From Balamuthia mandrillaris (lineage: Eukaryota): a DNA stretch of 64,000 bases. The stretch covers positions 1 through 64,000 of the forward strand of contig JAVKOQ020000102.1 in the NCBI GenBank assembly GCA_031835245.2. Direction: 5' to 3'. Under the pieces are notes generated by a model. It was not told the origin of the DNA, did not search any database, and saw nothing but the letters and a program-made list of their open reading frames with translations. Of this stretch, positions 60,547 through 64,000 are shown in pieces (positions within the stretch are counted from its first letter, which is position 1; every line of letters begins with the position of its first letter). A program made the translations under genes and the position numbers.

Positions 60547-62194
60547 ATGGCGGCGGAGAGCACTTGGCGGACACTGGCCTTTTTGGTGTTGATGTCTATG
60601 GGCTTCTTGCTATGCTACGTCTCTCTGCTCTCACCGGACAGACTGAGAGGGATAGAGCCCGCCGCCGCTGCGGGAGAAAATTGCCAGGCAGCTCGTCCAC
60701 CGCAACCCTCTCTCCACGAAAGAAGTCGGGAGCGTGTGTCCACCCGACAGTGGAGCACCACGGAGCCTGCCCCTAAAACAACGGCGAGAACCAAGGAGGA
60801 ACGGAAACGGGTGTTCCTAGAAAGAGCTGACCCTTATTCGCGTGACCTCATCGTAGTGTACACGAACACCGAGTTCTTGTCTATGGCCATGAACAACTTT
60901 TGCGCTCTCTCCTCCCTCGACCTCCTTCACCGCGCCGTTCTTTTTGCTTTGGACGACCAAACCTGCATCACCTATGCTGAAACCATCGCTAAATGGGCTC
61001 ACCTCGCGTCTGTCACTCCTCCTCCTTGCGTGCAGGGCGACGTTAACATTACGGGGCTGTACGGTTTTGCCAGCAAATGGGAATCTCCCTACCTTCGCAT
61101 CCTCTTGCAAAAGGCAGAGCTGGTGGAGGAGGTGGTCTCCGCAGGGCTGAATATTGTCCTCATGGATGCCGATGTGTTGATGCTCCAGGACTACCGATCA
61201 GCCTTTACAGAGGCTTTGCAATTCAGAGAAGACCCAAACGAAACCACCCCTGAGCTGGACTGGTTGGACAAGGCGATTGATGGATGGAGGCACAGGAACT
61301 CGAAGAAGCACCTTGTTCTCTCTGATGCCGAAGGAAGAGAGAGGGATATGAGGAATTGGGATATGCTGATACAAGCGGACCGGCGACCAGGCTATATGAA
61401 TGAGGGAGCACGGTTACACGAAGCTGACAGGTCCACGCGGTGGGCCTGTGCTGGGTTCTTTTATGCGCGTCATAGTGACGCTACTGTGGCGTTCTTTCGG
61501 GTTTGTTTTGCTGTTTCTTCCACTTCGTCTGTATTTCTTCGTTTGTTCATCCTCTTCTATGTTCTTCGTTCTTTATTCTTTTCTTCGTCTTCGTTCTTCT
61601 TCTTCTTCTTGTTCTTCTTCTTCTTGTTCTTCTTCTTCTTCTTCGTCTTCGTTCTACTTCTTCTTCTTGTTCTTCTTCTTCTTGTTCTTCTTCTTCTTCT
61701 TCTTCTTCTTCTTCTTCTTCTTCTTCTTCTTCTTCTTCTTCTTCTTCTGCTTCTGCTGGTTCTTCCCTCTTGTAGCCCTGCTTATAAGTTGATACAAACA
61801 GGAGGTTGTAAAAGTTATAAATGAAGCTCACATAGGCGACCAAGAGGCCGTCCAACTCCTCCTTACCGGTGAACTCCAACTGGAGCAAGCTGCCAAGAAC
61901 AAGGAAAACGCGGATGTCATTGACCGTTACGTTGCCATGGCCGGCCGGAGAACCAGCCCTCCTTTGAAATGGAGACGCCTGCCGAGCCCCTTCTTCCCCA
62001 GCGGAACCGTCTTTCCTGATCTGCTAAAGTGGTACACGAAGCTCAAGCTTCCTCCACCCGCAGTGGTTCACCTGAATTCCATGCCCCACGGCCAGAAGCT
62101 GGCGATGTTCAAGGAGTCTCAGCTGTGGTTCTTGGACCCCTCTGCCCAGTATTGTCGTCCCCCACAGCAGCCGGTCATCCCCAAAAGTAGGTGA
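60547..62194 (+). CDS. Nucleotide-diphospho-sugar transferase (GT77-like), type II membrane
   Basis: N-terminal anchor; LFALD; K..LV..V..GLNIVLMDADV (DxD); CAGFFYAR; LP..FP.G; VVHLN..KL..FKE..LWF. Confidence 0.85.
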
Positions 62195-62398
62195 GCTCCA
62201 GGGAAAGACTCTTTATATTATTTTTTTTTTGTTTCTGTGCAAAGGTGGGAAGAAAGTGAAAACAAACAAAAAAAAAAAAGAGAGAGAGCCTCTTTGCATC
62301 TGCCTTAAACACTATTGTAGCCTGTGGTTTTGTGCAGACATATAAGGGTCAAAAAATAAAAAAAAAATAATATATACAAAAGAAAAACAAAAAAAGAG

Positions 62399-62785
62399 AT
62401 GCCCTTGGACCACTTGGTGTTGTTGAAGCTGAAGGAAGGCACCTCCAAGGAGACGGTGAGCGCCATTATCGCTGGCGCTGCTTCCCTTAAAAATATCCCA
62501 GGCGTTTTGGAGCTCACCATCGGTTTTTCCACCAGCTTAATCTTTTCTCAGTGGTTTATTTTTTGTTTAAATAAGTCTTACGGTTTTTTTTTTTAATGTC
62601 TACACACAACAGGAGAGAACATCTCGCCAGGCCGAGCCAAAGGCCACCACATAGGCCTGCGCGTGACCATGGACTCTGAGGAGACCCTGCAAAACTACGG
62701 CCCCTGCGAGATCCACCAAGCCTTCGTCAGCGAGTTCGTGAAGCCCAACGTGGATGACATCACCTGTGTCGACTTTCTTTTTTGA
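62399..62785 (+). CDS. Stress-responsive A/B barrel (Dabb) protein, 2 exons
   Basis: HLVLLKLK..LKNIPGVLELTI/GENISP.RAKG..YGPCEIHQAFV..VDF; intron 62523-62612. Confidence 0.88.
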
Positions 62786-63267
62786 TCATCAAGGAATGGC
62801 GGTATGTCCGGAATGTGAAGCATCCATTGGAATGCCGTCGTGTTGAATTAATTAATAATTACACGAAAAAAATGATTGAGATCTTCCCAAAAAAATCTCA
62901 TATTTGCACAAAAACCAGATTTTAATTTCGGTTTCTCTGATAAATAAACCAGACAACTCTTTCCAATTGGTCATTGTACTGCTACAAGATATCCGATCTG
63001 CCGATCGCCGGCACCCTGACGACCCTCCGCTCAATCTCGTTGCCGATGGCAGGCTGGCGCAAAGAAATCGGCTGACTTTGGCATCGGCCTTCTGCCGCCG
63101 CACAACACATGTTTTGTGACCAAACACCGAATCGAACGGCAACAAAAGTCAAAACAGCAAAACCTCCGCCTCTCAATTTTGTCTTCTTCTTCCCTCCTTT
63201 TTTTTTTCCCCTTTGTTGACAATAAGCAATAACACAGCGTTAGCACACTCCCCACACGCACCACCAC

Positions 63268-63753
63268 ATGGACCTTCTTCCTACCATAGAGCTGGACGGC
63301 GATCGCATCAACGACCTGGACAGCTTCTTCGACGAGGTCACCGACAAGCTCCTCTCCTCCAACAGCAAGCCCTGGCCTCGCACCCTCGAAGCCTTTGACA
63401 AGCTCCTCGGCGGTCGCCGCTTCGCCAACACCCACAGCAACACCACCAACTCCAACAACAACGTCTACCAGTACCACTACAACAGCGCCATCCCGCGGCA
63501 GGGCGTCTGGCGGCTGCGCTGGCTCAACTCCAAGCGCTCCCAGAAGCAGCTGGGCTATGCCGCCACGGTGCGTTGGCTGGAGGGGCGCCTGGCCGAGATG
63601 CACCCCTCCAACAGGGAGCTGTGGCAGGGTCGGCTCCAGGCCGCCAAGAACGGGAAGGGCGACACGCTCTTTGACCAGCTGGTGAACATGATCAGGCAGC
63701 ACGCCCCGTTGGTGGAGATCTCGGACGAGGGAGTCATCCTGGAGCTTGCCTGA
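63268..63753 (+). CDS. Barstar-family (ribonuclease inhibitor-like) protein, intronless, bacterial-like
   Basis: IELDGDRINDLDSFFDEV...WPRTLEAFDKLLGG...LRWLNSKRS..LGY..TV..L......HPSNR....L.AA..G.G.TLFD.LV..IR. Confidence 0.8.
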   Translation: MDLLPTIELDGDRINDLDSFFDEVTDKLLSSNSKPWPRTLEAFDKLLGGRRFANTHSNTTNSNNNVYQYHYNSAIPRQGVWRLRWLNSKRSQKQLGYAATVRWLEGRLAEMHPSNRELWQGRLQAAKNGKGDTLFDQLVNMIRQHAPLVEISDEGVILELA

Positions 63754-64000
63754 AGGAGGAGATAGTTAGAAGACATGAGAGCGAGTGGGACACACACGTG
63801 AAAAGGAACGCTGTTCACTTTCCTTTGTTCTTGTTTTGTTTTTGTTAGAGAAGAAGAAACGCCTTTTAGAAAAAGCATTGGCTTCTATCGTACTATCCAT
63901 ATTTTTTTTGACATGAATGAACAGCAAGCTGAACGCCGCATATATATTATTATTTTCATTTTTTAAATAAAAAGCCTAGTCTGTGTGGAATACAGAGCAG

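Noticed and set aside
62980..63100. GC-rich patch with repeated GCCGAT words upstream of the barstar-like gene as a structured RNA
   Set aside because: No consistent fold or known motif identified by eye
63031..63702. 223-aa minus-strand ORF
   Set aside because: Antisense shadow of the GC-rich barstar-like gene

Overview
Gene-dense, intron-rich eukaryotic DNA with short GT-AG introns packed with pyrimidine microsatellites. It is probably a free-living amoebozoan (Acanthamoeba/Balamuthia-like); this is inferred from gene content, intron style and a Dictyostelium-type snRNA promoter element. About 26 protein-coding genes are recognisable: MED13 and archaemetzincin fragments, PhoD phosphatase, bacterial-type PEP synthase, two glycosyltransferase-like genes, AGMO, EF-hand RhoGAP, Ank-SET, HA-domain protein, acyl-CoA oxidase, F-box/ankyrin, PAK1IP1, Nnf1, CELF, SAM-tyrosine kinase, F-box/RCC1, ALG3, MPST, a degenerate Tem1-like GTPase with a SOCS box, a BIRC6-type E2, TMEM229-like, Dabb and barstar-like. 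The main find is not in the ORF track: a complete U1 snRNA gene (23128-22961, minus) with intact promoter whose 5' splice-site-pairing end reads AUACGUACCU instead of AUACUUACCU, matching the many GTACG/GTATG donors in the window. Other highlights are a recurrent palindromic intergenic motif (TCRTGTCGWCAYGA), a duplicated alternative terminal exon in CELF, a head-to-head junction of two 5'-truncated genes, and several bacterial/viral-like genes. Exon boundaries were read by eye and family calls come from remembered motifs, not database searches.
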